Both the position numbers and the translations under genes were made by a program. A stretch of DNA of 41,475 bases from a virus, in IMG/VR virus record IMGVR_UViG_3300001682_000073, positions 1 to 41,475 of that record; one strand, 5' to 3'. Position 1 is the stretch's first letter; every line of letters starts with the position of its first letter. The notes below the pieces were generated by a model. It was not told where the DNA came from. It ran no database searches and was given only the letters and a program-made list of their open reading frames with translations. Positions 7,136-16,224 of this stretch are shown in pieces.

Positions 7136-7504
7136 TCACTCCTTCGCAATAATTTCAATCTCAACTCGTGGATTTCTTCTATCGATGTAAAACTCATCCG
7201 TAAACCCTTCAATCTCGTTCCACCCGTCGTTTTTGAGTATGCCGGCCGTAATTAAACCGTCCTCGATAAACTTCTTGGCAAACGAGATGTTGCTTTTATC
7301 TTTGCGCTTATCCTTGCAGTACCACTTGTATGTAATCCAAACCGGTGTCTTGTACGGCTCAAAATTACCCTTGTGAGCCTTCGCAATCGTTGCAACATAA
7401 TTTGTCATTTCTGACTTTACGTTAGCTCCTGCGTACCGATTTGAGCGCTCTGCGTTGATGTATGTATTGAGGTCTGCCAGTTCACCCGGTATTATTAATT
7501 TCAT
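7136..7504 (-). CDS. RusA-like endodeoxyribonuclease (tentative)
   Basis: ~120 aa. LNTYINAERSNRYAGANVK and RKDKSNISFAKKFIEDGL...LKNDGW resemble the RusA-family layout, but the canonical acidic residues are only partly matched. Confidence 0.4.
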   Translation of the reverse strand: MKLIIPGELADLNTYINAERSNRYAGANVKSEMTNYVATIAKAHKGNFEPYKTPVWITYKWYCKDKRKDKSNISFAKKFIEDGLITAGILKNDGWNEIEGFTDEFYIDRRNPRVEIEIIAKE

Positions 7505-7770
7505 ATTGTCACCTCAATACCTAAGTTCTTTTTGATGTCCTCTGCGCAATCCTCAAAGCTCAAGGTTCCAGAACCCAGACTTTCAAACAAACTTTCTGCA
7601 TCTTTTACGATCTCTTGTGCTGTTTCAGGTTCAACCTTGCCTATCATCGCTTCAAGGATTGCACAGTTGTATAACTTTACCGCCTCTGCTGTCGCTTTTC
7701 GGGCTTCTGTAATTCTTAAAAAGTCAACCTGCGCCCTTGTGTAGAGCCTATGGTCTTGTTTCCGTTTCAT
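7501..7770 (-). CDS. Hypothetical protein
   Basis: ORF in the operon, with its start overlapping the upstream stop. Confidence 0.5.
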   Translation of the reverse strand: MKRKQDHRLYTRAQVDFLRITEARKATAEAVKLYNCAILEAMIGKVEPETAQEIVKDAESLFESLGSGTLSFEDCAEDIKKNLGIEVTI

Positions 7771-8003
7771 CGTGGATCATATACCTCCTGGAATTCCATT
7801 AGTTCTTCTATGAAGTCGTCAAGACTATTCCAGTCTATCTGTAGCTGTCCGCACCTTCCGGCATATATGTTAATTCCATTTTCATCAGGCTTATAGTGTA
7901 CATTAGTAAATCGTGTACTCTCAGTAAGTTTAATTCCTTGTGCTTCAAGTGTTGCTAATTGTGCTTGAGTTAGATGTGTGGATTTTCCTCGTTTCTTTGG
8001 CAT
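7767..8003 (-). CDS. Hypothetical protein
   Basis: GAGGTGA RBS before the ATG at 8003. Confidence 0.5.
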   Translation of the reverse strand: MPKKRGKSTHLTQAQLATLEAQGIKLTESTRFTNVHYKPDENGINIYAGRCGQLQIDWNSLDDFIEELMEFQEVYDPR

Positions 8004-8094
8004 GGTATCACCTCGCTAAAATGGGTATGTGGATTTACCTGTGGTTTTTTCATTCATCTAATCGCTCCTTTTATTACTTTGCATGTGGATTAAC

Positions 8095-8517
8095 TTAAAA
8101 AATCACTACCATACTTGGAAATGGAGCAGAATTTTTGCTACAACCAAACTTAAGCCTACCCTTCACAAACCTTATTTCTTTTGCCTTTTTGTAAATGTAT
8201 TCATGAAAATATGTAGTATCTGTTCTGGCGGGTATAAGCATTACTACTGTTGTATTTGGCTTTCTGCTCTCCTCATAACATTTCTTAACCCAATTTTTAA
8301 TTGCTTTTCCATATGGAGGGTTACAAAAAACTGTTTCTCCTTGCCAATCTTGCTTTAAGCCATCTTCCTTTACTGTGTAGTACTTTTTGCATTTTGCATT
8401 CTCAGGAGTAGCACAAGGGTCAAGGGTAAAATGGAATTCTTTATCAAGTTCATCAAAAAAGTTCTGTGGCGTTGCCCACAAATCTGTTTCACTACTGAAC
8501 ATTAACGCTGTATTCAT
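8095..8517 (-). CDS. dam: DNA N6-adenine methyltransferase (phage Dam-type)
   Basis: WATPQNFFDELDKEFHFTLDPCA and the catalytic NPPY motif (FCNPPYG). GGGAGG before the ATG at 8517. Confidence 0.8.
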   Translation of the reverse strand: MNTALMFSSETDLWATPQNFFDELDKEFHFTLDPCATPENAKCKKYYTVKEDGLKQDWQGETVFCNPPYGKAIKNWVKKCYEESRKPNTTVVMLIPARTDTTYFHEYIYKKAKEIRFVKGRLKFGCSKNSAPFPSMVVIF

Positions 8518-8602
8518 ATGACCTCCCAAATACCACAATTTTCATTAATTTTTTATCATTTCACTGATTTATGCCAATACCACACCTAATTCCTCAAGCC
8601 CG

Positions 8603-8989
8603 CTAAAATGGAAGGTCATCAAGATTGTCTCCCAAGGTCTCAAATCCTTCATTCTGCGGTTCCTGCGGCTGTACTTGTGTCGTCTGCTTAGTACTCCCCA
8701 CAAACTGCACCCAATCTGCAACCAGTGTCTTATAGGTCTTGCCGTTATACTCGTGTTCCTCTACCTTGCCGATTACCAGCACGGGGTCGCCTTTTTTGAT
8801 GTCCTTTGCAATGCCCGCCAGTCGTGTCCACGCTTCGCAGTTGGCGAATATCGTCTGATCGTTAGCGTCCTTCCCGATCGCCATACTCCATTTGCAGTTT
8901 GGGGTGTTCTTGCTGCCGACCAAGCTGTATGTAGCATCTTTTGTAGCGTTACCGATAATAATAATTGAATCTCCTAATTTTGCTTGCAT
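8603..8989 (-). CDS. ssb: Single-stranded DNA-binding protein
   Basis: OB-fold-size protein with the acidic C-terminal tail ...LDDLPF typical of SSB. Confidence 0.8.
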   Translation of the reverse strand: MQAKLGDSIIIIGNATKDATYSLVGSKNTPNCKWSMAIGKDANDQTIFANCEAWTRLAGIAKDIKKGDPVLVIGKVEEHEYNGKTYKTLVADWVQFVGSTKQTTQVQPQEPQNEGFETLGDNLDDLPF

Positions 8990-9002
8990 TGATATTCTCC
9001 TT

Positions 9003-10283
9003 TCACTTTTCTAAACAGAAAAACTTCATATATCGCTTATCAAACTTCATTCTGATATTCCCTGTCCTGCCGTTACGTTGTTTTGCGATGATGACTTCAA
9101 GCTCAACTATGCTGTCGCTGATGGTTTCATCCGGTTTTGGATTGTAAAGAAAGATTACGTTGTCAGCGTCTTGTTCGATAGCCCCTGTTTCTCTGAGGTC
9201 AAACAGTTGCGGGCGTTTGTGGTTTTTTTGTCCCTCTCTGCTAAGCTGAGATAGAGCTACCACAGGAATGTTTAAATTCATACTCATTAGTTTCAATTCC
9301 CTGCTGATATGCTCAATTTCCAACCGCCTTGATTCGTGCTTATCAGATGACTTAAGCAATTGAAGATAATCAATTACAATAAGGTCAAGCTGCCCTTTTT
9401 CCTTTTTCCTTTCGCACTTATTGCGGATTTGCTGGATTGTCGTGCTGGTCTGGTCAATCGTTATTGGTAACTTAGATACTAACCTTGTTGCTTGTACTAA
9501 GGCTTGTCCTTCCTGTTCAAATAGATACTTTGGTCTTTTGGTATCCTCAGCTTTAATAAGCCTTGTGTTGCACAACAGCCGTGTCGCTATTTGGATTCGG
9601 TTCATTTCACGGGAAAATAACTCCACCTTAAACCCTTGCTTTGCCGCGTTAGCCGATATGTCCAAAGCAAATGCCGTTTTTCCCGTCGCCGGACCGGCCG
9701 CTATGATCGTAAATTCTGATTGCCACAGCCCGCCCATGATTACGTCCAAGTCTCTCATACCATAAGGTATAGGCTTTATTGCCCCTGACGCTATGCCGTC
9801 AAGGTGATTGATGGTTTCCTCGACGATCGAATTCATATCCTCCGGCGTTTCATCGAATTTTGGTAGAGACAGGTCTGCTTTGTTGGATATGTACTGTGCC
9901 ACTTCCTCCGGCTTCTCAAACGGCTTGTTTCCCAATTCCTCAATAATTGACCGTGCCATTTTTGCCGCCTGACGCTTAAGTGATAATGTTTTAACTATAT
10001 TAACGTGATTCTTGTATCCAACTGGTACAACACAACTCATTATTGTTGCCAGTTCGCCCATGTCGTGCCCCTCAGACGACACACTGATTAAGTCAATAGG
10101 CTTGTTTTTATTCCATAGCTTTTGGATCGTGGCGAATATGGCTCGGTATTGCGGATTGTAAAAGTCATGAGGCATAAGCGTGGTCACGCAATATTTGATA
10201 GTTGACGTATCGGACATCATACAGGCTATAAGGTTTTGTTCGGCTTCTTCATTCTTCCAGGCCAATTCCGGTAAGGTCTGCAT
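9003..10283 (-). CDS. dnaB: Replicative DNA helicase, DnaB family
   Basis: Walker A GPATGKTAFALDI, DYLQLL, and the QLSREGQ and EQDAD motifs. GGAGGAGGAGG RBS before the ATG at 10283. Confidence 0.9.
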   Translation of the reverse strand: MQTLPELAWKNEEAEQNLIACMMSDTSTIKYCVTTLMPHDFYNPQYRAIFATIQKLWNKNKPIDLISVSSEGHDMGELATIMSCVVPVGYKNHVNIVKTLSLKRQAAKMARSIIEELGNKPFEKPEEVAQYISNKADLSLPKFDETPEDMNSIVEETINHLDGIASGAIKPIPYGMRDLDVIMGGLWQSEFTIIAAGPATGKTAFALDISANAAKQGFKVELFSREMNRIQIATRLLCNTRLIKAEDTKRPKYLFEQEGQALVQATRLVSKLPITIDQTSTTIQQIRNKCERKKEKGQLDLIVIDYLQLLKSSDKHESRRLEIEHISRELKLMSMNLNIPVVALSQLSREGQKNHKRPQLFDLRETGAIEQDADNVIFLYNPKPDETISDSIVELEVIIAKQRNGRTGNIRMKFDKRYMKFFCLEK

Positions 10284-10947
10284 ACTTTGGGCCTCCTCCT
10301 CCATCCTTCTCATTTCTCTCCCATGTCCTAACGGCCGCCTTCCAGTCTTTCATTTTTGCTTTTCCGACAAGCCAACCTTTGGATGTGTAAAAATCAATAA
10401 AGCGTTGAGGGTCAACCGAGTTGTTGCGTTCTTTGCAATAACTGGTCACTTCTTCGAGGGTGGGAGGTATAAATATATTATTATTTGACTTTTTAGAATT
10501 CTTTGTATTTTTAGTATTCTTATTATTGTTCTCTATCTGTTCTCCATCTGTTCTTTCTCCGTTCTTTCTCTGTTCGTTCTCTGTTTCATGCTCATCTTTG
10601 TAATTATTCAAACATTGGTATTTATCATAATTTACAACGGTAAATAGCGTTCCAAGTTCACATGGCTGCACTGTTACTCTTTCTTGCTTGACTAAATTAT
10701 CAATTGCTCTCTTTATTGCGGATAAGGAATACTGTTTTACTGCGTGATTTTCTATATACTCTAAATCTCGTTGTAAATTACGATATGATCTAATCCATTG
10801 TCCTCTTTTAAGTTCAATGTTTCCAACTCTGACTCCATCGGTGAAGGCAGCCTTTCCATATATGAGAAAGAACAATCTAAACTCAACAATGTTTAGCCAT
10901 ATTGGGTTGTCAAATATATCTCTTGTAGTTTGAAAGGCTCCTGCCAC
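10249..10947 (-). CDS. Replication initiator / replisome organizer (N-terminal winged helix, Asn/Lys linker, DnaD-like C-terminal helper region)
   Basis: Lies directly upstream of and overlapping dnaB. C-terminus reads PTLEEVTSYCKERNNSVDPQRFIDFYTSKGW...DWKAAVRTWE. Confidence 0.6.
   Translation of the reverse strand: MAGAFQTTRDIFDNPIWLNIVEFRLFFLIYGKAAFTDGVRVGNIELKRGQWIRSYRNLQRDLEYIENHAVKQYSLSAIKRAIDNLVKQERVTVQPCELGTLFTVVNYDKYQCLNNYKDEHETENEQRKNGERTDGEQIENNNKNTKNTKNSKKSNNNIFIPPTLEEVTSYCKERNNSVDPQRFIDFYTSKGWLVGKAKMKDWKAAVRTWERNEKDGGGGPKYADLTGIGLEE
10460..10590. promoter_or_regulatory. Candidate replication origin inside the initiator gene: phased CTGTTCT iterons next to an AT-rich block
   Basis: ATCTGTTCT at 10535 and 10546 (11-nt period) plus 3-4 degenerate copies up to 10587. 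Positions 10460..10530 are almost pure A/T. Confidence 0.35.
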
Positions 10948-10951
10948 TCGC

Positions 10952-11095
10952 TCACCTTCTTTCGTGCCTACATTTCTCGCAATACATGGGTTCCCTTTGC
11001 TGTTTTCTTAGAGCCTTTTTGATTTCTGCCGGTGTCAATACAAATGCTTGTCCACACTTCCGGCATATCTTGCCTACAGCCTCAAGGGTTCCCAT
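10952..11095 (-). CDS. 47-aa zinc-ribbon protein (CRKCG...CEKC); not in the ORF track
   Basis: Hand translation gives MGTLEAVGKICRKCGQAFVLTPAEIKKALRKQQREPMYCEKCRHERR. GGAGGTG RBS. Confidence 0.45.
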   Translation of the reverse strand: MGTLEAVGKICRKCGQAFVLTPAEIKKALRKQQREPMYCEKCRHERR

Positions 11096-11098
11096 GTT

Positions 11099-11497
11099 TT
11101 ACACCTCCAGTAGTTCTGGGTTATCGTAAATGTTGCCGATAACTTCTATGCCATAAGCCATGCCAAACCCCATTCCATAACCAGTTTCCCATCTAAGCCA
11201 TTTTTCATTCCATACAACAGGCGTTTGAATGTTGCCATTTTTGTCTACTTTATAGCCCTCTTGTGCTGCATGGGGCATTTGAATTATATCCCCCTCGTAT
11301 ATCTCCCTGCCGTTCTTGTCTTTAAGTCCGGTATATTGTCCTATGGTAGAGGGGTCGACTTCAAAAGCATATAGAGCCGACGCATAATCAGGAACAATAT
11401 AATGCTTCTGATTATCTATAAATCCATAATAGACATAGTAACCATACACCCATTCGCCGTTATCAATCCGTTTTCCACGGAATTTAATTTCACGCAT
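11099..11497 (-). CDS. YopX family protein
   Basis: MREIKFRGKRIDNGEWVYGY...GNIYDNPELL is the characteristic YopX N- and C-terminal signature. Confidence 0.8.
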   Translation of the reverse strand: MREIKFRGKRIDNGEWVYGYYVYYGFIDNQKHYIVPDYASALYAFEVDPSTIGQYTGLKDKNGREIYEGDIIQMPHAAQEGYKVDKNGNIQTPVVWNEKWLRWETGYGMGFGMAYGIEVIGNIYDNPELLEV

Positions 11498-11507
11498 AAT
11501 ATCCCTC

Positions 11508-11693
11508 CTACTCCGCTTGAACCTTATATGTATCAATCAAATCTAATCGCCCTAATTCCATTAAGCGGTTATATGCCTTTTGGCGTTCTGATTTAAGCTG
11601 TTGATGCGTTTTATAAAATTTGCAGTTTTTTGGGCATTTTGTTACCCGCAACGCACTGCAACCGTTGTTATATGCGAAACATGCGTTATTCAT
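11508..11693 (-). CDS. Small Cys-rich hypothetical protein
   Basis: ORF in the operon with a C..C...CPKNC pattern. Confidence 0.5.
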   Translation of the reverse strand: MNNACFAYNNGCSALRVTKCPKNCKFYKTHQQLKSERQKAYNRLMELGRLDLIDTYKVQAE

Positions 11694-11715
11694 AAAACCT
11701 CCTTTCGGGGAAGGA

Positions 11716-12690
11716 TTAACCTTCCCCTTTGCTCAGTTCCGTGAAGGCTGTCTTTATGGCTTCAAACTCCGTGTCCTTCACATCGTTGATACTTGCGATT
11801 CCCATTGAGTTCAGAATCATTGTGGCTTCTTCCTGCTTGCCGGCAGCCAGTTTCATCAACTCGGTTTTTTGCTCTTTTGTAATAGGTTTTGCCGCCATAT
11901 CCGGGAACGCTTCTTCAACGGTGGTCATATTGTCTCGGAGGGCATTGTAGAGTTTTCTCAGCCTGTGAATATCGCTCTGTGTCCACGTTTCAGGCTTACT
12001 GCCAAGATACTTGATGATTGATTTGACGGATACGTTGTATTCCTTATCAAATGCAGCACACCATTTCTTAGCCTGATCCTGAATAGTGCCAAGCTCTGCC
12101 TCAGTGGTCTTTTTGCATTCCTCAATGGCAAGGTCGATGATGTCACCGGGCACAACCTGGAGTATGCAGCCCCTCATGCGGCGGCTGGCCTGATTCGCAC
12201 ACATCTCATATATGTCTCGGTCGTCAGTCAGGCGAACTTTGATTTTTTGCTTGGTCTTTGGATCCGTTTTGTCACGGTAATGCGGCACGGTGAAAGTCGT
12301 TGTCCTGCGGATATTATTCTCAATATCCCAGCAGTATGCCATGCAGATAGATTCGTCCTCAAGCCTTTGCACTTCCGTCCAACCAAAGTCAATATTTCCC
12401 ATAGCTTGGGCGGCGGCTTCTGCAAGCCGGATTGACGGGCCTGTGACGGTTGACCCGCCTCTTGGATATTCGTATACAGCAATCTCGGCAAGTTTAGGCC
12501 GCCTGCAAGCCTCGATCAGCTTACGCTCAACCTCGACGATATCCCTCGGAAAACGCTTTGCCATAACCACTGCGGCCTGTACTTCCTGTGCCTGACGGGT
12601 AGCAAGTGCCGCGCCGATATTGTCAACGGGCTTTATCTGATTTTGTGGCTGTGCTTGGACAGCAAGACTTTGATTTTCGTTATTGAACAT
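11716..12690 (-). CDS. Possible single-strand annealing / recombination protein (family not recognised)
   Basis: Assigned by position only, in a recombination module with a PD-(D/E)XK nuclease. It has no Walker motifs. Confidence 0.25.
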   Translation of the reverse strand: MFNNENQSLAVQAQPQNQIKPVDNIGAALATRQAQEVQAAVVMAKRFPRDIVEVERKLIEACRRPKLAEIAVYEYPRGGSTVTGPSIRLAEAAAQAMGNIDFGWTEVQRLEDESICMAYCWDIENNIRRTTTFTVPHYRDKTDPKTKQKIKVRLTDDRDIYEMCANQASRRMRGCILQVVPGDIIDLAIEECKKTTEAELGTIQDQAKKWCAAFDKEYNVSVKSIIKYLGSKPETWTQSDIHRLRKLYNALRDNMTTVEEAFPDMAAKPITKEQKTELMKLAAGKQEEATMILNSMGIASINDVKDTEFEAIKTAFTELSKGEG

Positions 12691-12697
12691 GGTTTAT

Positions 12698-13366
12698 CTA
12701 CCTTCCTTTCACGCTGATAATGGTTTCTTGATAAAACTCCACGCCTGACACTTGGGCTTTTCCGCTGGATACCTTCGCCAGCTTGTCCAGTGCCGATTGG
12801 TCAACGGGTCTGATAACTATTCCGGCAATCTCGATAGGTACTTTAGATTCGTCAATGATTCGTGCTTTCCAAACCTTCCTGCCAGATACGCCATCAGACT
12901 TTGCTTTTTGGATCGTGGCGACAGGGGCAGAGGACTCAACAAGTTCAGCTTGTGCTTTCAACAGTTCTGCACCAAACAAATCCCCTGCCGCCTCTTTCTC
13001 TTGTGCTTCTCTCAAAAGCCGTTCGGCTTCTTCTCTTTGGCGGCGTTCCAGTTCTTCTCGTGCGGCACGTTCCTTAGCTTCAACTTCTCTTTGGTACTCT
13101 GCCATCTTGGCCTTTACGATTGATTCAGCTTCGCCCAGAGGCTCAAGAATGGTCTTTTCTCTTGCGCATATATCCTTCCATGCTTTGTAAGCGTTATCTT
13201 TAAGTGGTTTCCAGAATTCCTGCACCCGCTTGACGTAGGTTTTAAGATCACGGAGCCAATTCCCGGCTGCTTCGTAGGCTTCATTATCAGTTATCTGCAA
13301 AGCATTGGCTTGCTGAATAGCAAGGTTAGATTCTTGCTGTTGTTGGACTTCTTGGAGTTCGTTCAT
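12698..13366 (-). CDS. Coiled-coil hypothetical protein (E/R/A-rich centre)
   Basis: Long ORF with an AGGAG RBS. No family assigned. Confidence 0.5.
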   Translation of the reverse strand: MNELQEVQQQQESNLAIQQANALQITDNEAYEAAGNWLRDLKTYVKRVQEFWKPLKDNAYKAWKDICAREKTILEPLGEAESIVKAKMAEYQREVEAKERAAREELERRQREEAERLLREAQEKEAAGDLFGAELLKAQAELVESSAPVATIQKAKSDGVSGRKVWKARIIDESKVPIEIAGIVIRPVDQSALDKLAKVSSGKAQVSGVEFYQETIISVKGR

Positions 13367-13402
13367 GCGGAATCTCCTTTCATATAAATTTTAGAATGCG
13401 AA

Positions 13403-14281
13403 TTAGTCATACTCGTCCATTTCTATCTGACCGTTCATTCCCTCGTCTGGCATTTTTGTGTATCCCATCCACCAATCATAAATCTGTTGCCCTGTTTTCC
13501 ATGAGCTTTTACTATCGTTCATTCCGTGTTCGTTTCGGTATTTTGCAAGTTTTTCAAATGCTCTTATATAGGCTCTTTTGTATGTAGGCCATCTTTCAAA
13601 CTCTCGCTCTCGGCCTGCTTGTCCTGCCATTGGACAACCGATACACCCCAAACGGTCAAATCCTTCATCGTACAGCTTGCAATACTTGAGATCACGACTT
13701 TTTATGTAATCCCAAACATCTTCATCCTCCCAATCTACGATGGGGTTTACTATCTGCTTACCTTTTAACTGGCAGGTTTCCATCATTCGTCTGGCTTCTG
13801 CGTTATCGTTGAACAATATAGGCTTAGAGGTTTTACCTTTTCTGAGCTCAATTACTGCCCTGCTGTTTTTTCTGCGAGATGATTCAGCCCACCTTACCCC
13901 CGTAACGCATATTCGCCCTTCACCGCCATGCTCTTTGAGTATTTCACAACAATATCTAACCATCCGGGTTGGTGGCATCCTATGTTTTACAATTAATTGC
14001 CACATTGTCATTTCCGGCTTTTCAACAATCACATCAGGGTAATTTTCACGGATAAAATAGACTAATTCCGGCGGGTCAACTGTTGTTAAATTGTAATGTG
14101 CATCGAACTTTACTCCTGCCTCTTTAGCAAGGTGATATATACATTGACTGTCCTTGCCTCCACTAAAGGCCAAATAATACCCTTCTGGCGGTTCAAATGT
14201 TTTTAATCTGTCTATGGCTTTTTTGATTTTATCTTCAAGGGCTGTACGCCCAAACATTGTTAGTTGCTCCGTTTTTCTCAC
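13403..14281 (-). CDS. PAPS-reductase / PP-loop ATP-pyrophosphatase family protein (start is GTG 14281 or ATG 14257)
   Basis: PP-loop motif YLAFSGGKDSQ and a C-terminal Cys cluster YCKLYDEGFDRLGCIGCP. Confidence 0.7.
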   Translation of the reverse strand: MRKTEQLTMFGRTALEDKIKKAIDRLKTFEPPEGYYLAFSGGKDSQCIYHLAKEAGVKFDAHYNLTTVDPPELVYFIRENYPDVIVEKPEMTMWQLIVKHRMPPTRMVRYCCEILKEHGGEGRICVTGVRWAESSRRKNSRAVIELRKGKTSKPILFNDNAEARRMMETCQLKGKQIVNPIVDWEDEDVWDYIKSRDLKYCKLYDEGFDRLGCIGCPMAGQAGREREFERWPTYKRAYIRAFEKLAKYRNEHGMNDSKSSWKTGQQIYDWWMGYTKMPDEGMNGQIEMDEYD

Positions 14282-14305
14282 CCTCTTTAGTGCATATTAA
14301 TTCCG

Positions 14306-14923
14306 TTACGTGTTCTTCACCACCCCATGCAAAAATGCACAGGTCTCAAAAATCTTGAATCCGTCTTTTATGTCTACCTTGATAAAGTCGTAAGAAGCGT
14401 CATGTCTGAGATGTAAAATGTAGTGATTTTTTACTTGGATCCCGTGAGACTTCAAAGCTTCGGAATACCCGTACAACTGCGCCGCTACTAAAGGCTCTAA
14501 AATCGTTTCTGAGGTCTTAAAATCAACAAGTGATAAATTACCTTCCTCAAGAAATAAACGGTCTAATTTGCCCGCGTAGAGCCTTGTACGGTGGTATATC
14601 GGGTACTCGTTTGCAACGGTCTGGAAGTTGTGGTCTTGCACCCATTTTTCATAAGCGAGTATGTACGGCAGGGTGTCTGGTTCGCACTCCTTCCACCCGT
14701 AGTTGTCGTAGGCTTCGATTGCTTCGTGTACCCTGGTTCCTTTGTCGGCGGCCTGATCTAAGACCGACTGAGGCACATCGCCGTAAATCTCACGGCTGAG
14801 GAATCTCAAAATTTGTGTCACAGATGGAAGCTCAAAGGTAATACCGTTCTGGTCAAGTGTATATAGGTGCTTGTCCTCGTCAAAGTGGAGTTCTGAAAAT
14901 TGAGGTAATGATATTTCCATCAC
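14306..14923 (-). CDS. PD-(D/E)XK (RecB/Cas4-like) exonuclease
   Basis: GTRVHEAIE ... GKLDRL ... LVDFKTS ... QLYGY, which is the order of the nuclease motifs. Confidence 0.65.
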   Translation of the reverse strand: MMEISLPQFSELHFDEDKHLYTLDQNGITFELPSVTQILRFLSREIYGDVPQSVLDQAADKGTRVHEAIEAYDNYGWKECEPDTLPYILAYEKWVQDHNFQTVANEYPIYHRTRLYAGKLDRLFLEEGNLSLVDFKTSETILEPLVAAQLYGYSEALKSHGIQVKNHYILHLRHDASYDFIKVDIKDGFKIFETCAFLHGVVKNT

Positions 14924-15189
14924 GATTCCCCCAATGTGACTTTGAATTGCTCGTAATACCAGTCACGGAATTTTTCAGCCATGTCGGATTCTTTTACAAA
15001 CTGGATAAGTTCCTTTTTTGTGGCATCGAAAAATACGGTTTTGATTGCACATTCAAGGCATATGTAATCTTCTTCAACGAACACTACTTCTTCATCTTTG
15101 TAAAGTGGTTTTTCACACTCGACACACTCGGCGATCGGCTTGTGTTCCTTTGGCTCGGGGAAGTATTCAAGCATTTCAGGCATTGGCAT
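14920..15189 (-). CDS. Hypothetical protein with CxxC...CxxC (start uncertain)
   Basis: CVECEKPLY...YICLEC motifs. The ORF is in the operon. Confidence 0.45.
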   Translation of the reverse strand: MPMPEMLEYFPEPKEHKPIAECVECEKPLYKDEEVVFVEEDYICLECAIKTVFFDATKKELIQFVKESDMAEKFRDWYYEQFKVTLGES

Positions 15190-15433
15190 CACCGTCAATG
15201 TTGATAAAACCTGTGCCGATGTATTCAACTTCAATACTCCATCTCTGCCCGACATTTTCAACTTTTAATACCGTGCTTCCATCGTCGTACTTATGAATGT
15301 TAATATCAAATGAAAGATAACCTGGTATGACCCCATCTTTACACATGGCTTTTATGTTGTATCCGTTTTCAATAAGTGCCTGAGCTAATACATTAGCAAG
15401 TTTGACAATAATTTTGTCCATATTTCTGTTCAT
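15176..15433 (-). CDS. Hypothetical protein (85 aa from MNRNMDK)
   Basis: GGAGGAAAGG RBS before the ATG at 15433. Confidence 0.5.
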   Translation of the reverse strand: MNRNMDKIIVKLANVLAQALIENGYNIKAMCKDGVIPGYLSFDINIHKYDDGSTVLKVENVGQRWSIEVEYIGTGFINIDGDANA

Positions 15434-15501
15434 TGACCTTTCCTCCATTTCGTGATATTTTAAAATTGACTGATTATCTATGCCCTTATTAGGGCTGTTT
15501 T

Positions 15502-15765
15502 TTATTTGAACCTGTCCCATCGAGTAGCGATAAAATCGTTGATCCTGTCACGCTCTCGATTTCGTTCCGCATAAATCCCGAACCGATAGCTTGTCCAACA
15601 CATGAAGGGGATTGTTGCGAAGAATACTACTGTTACGATGATTTCAAGCGTGCCGAATAAATACCAATCGTCTTTTGTGATTAAGACGAATAGAATCGCT
15701 ATGAATAAGCACCCTAATGCTGTCATAAGTACAAATAATGCTCTGTAAAATTGTTGTTTAGTCAT
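15502..15765 (-). CDS. Small integral membrane protein (2-3 TM segments)
   Basis: Hydrophobic segments ALFVLMTALGCLFIAILFVLI and LEIIVTVVFFATIPFMCW. Confidence 0.55.
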   Translation of the reverse strand: MTKQQFYRALFVLMTALGCLFIAILFVLITKDDWYLFGTLEIIVTVVFFATIPFMCWTSYRFGIYAERNRERDRINDFIATRWDRFK

Positions 15766-15779
15766 TGGGCTTGTCCTCC

Positions 15780-16034
15780 TTACAGCCTTTCGTTGATGCT
15801 ATAAACATCTTTTGCAATTGTTTCCATGCGGGTACGGACAAGTCTTAGAGCACTCTCCAGGTCGTCAATTACAGGTTGGTTTTCCGTTTCGCACGGCCTA
15901 AGGCCGAATAACTTACAGTTTATGCTTTCCACTTGGGTTCCTATAGCTCTAGTAATTTCAACTAATGATGCTACCAATGATGATAAAGTTTCTTGTTGTG
16001 GTGCTACTGCACATGCTTTCAAGTTTCCGTTCAT
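15780..16034 (-). CDS. Hypothetical protein
   Basis: The ATG at 16034 overlaps the upstream stop (ATGA). Confidence 0.5.
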   Translation of the reverse strand: MNGNLKACAVAPQQETLSSLVASLVEITRAIGTQVESINCKLFGLRPCETENQPVIDDLESALRLVRTRMETIAKDVYSINERL

Positions 16035-16207
16035 TTTCTTTCCTCCTTGCATTCAGGGCAATAATGATTCCAACTATTGCCGTTCTTCTTTTTCTGCCAT
16101 CCTTCGTCACGCATGTATTTCAAAGCTTCGTCCCAAGTGTCAACCTCAGCACCGTCACCGCAATTGTCACAAACTATCATGTAACAAGTGCCGTTTTTGT
16201 CTATCAT
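16031..16207 (-). CDS. 58-aa zinc-ribbon protein (CDNCG...CPEC); not in the ORF track
   Basis: Hand translation gives MIDKNGTCYMIVCDNCGDGAEVDTWDEALKYMRDEGWQKKKNGNSWNHYCPECKEERK. AAGGAGGAAAACC RBS. Confidence 0.5.
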   Translation of the reverse strand: MIDKNGTCYMIVCDNCGDGAEVDTWDEALKYMRDEGWQKKKNGNSWNHYCPECKEERK

Positions 16208-16224
16208 GGTTTTCCTCCTTTCAT

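Noticed and set aside
8016-8057. 13-codon mini-ORF (MNEKTTGKSTYPF) with a strong AAGGAG RBS between the Dam gene and 8003
   Set aside because: It is too short to support as a gene from sequence alone. It might be a leader peptide or just an RBS-like spacer. The nearby AATCCACAT direct repeat (2 copies) is noted but not interpretable.
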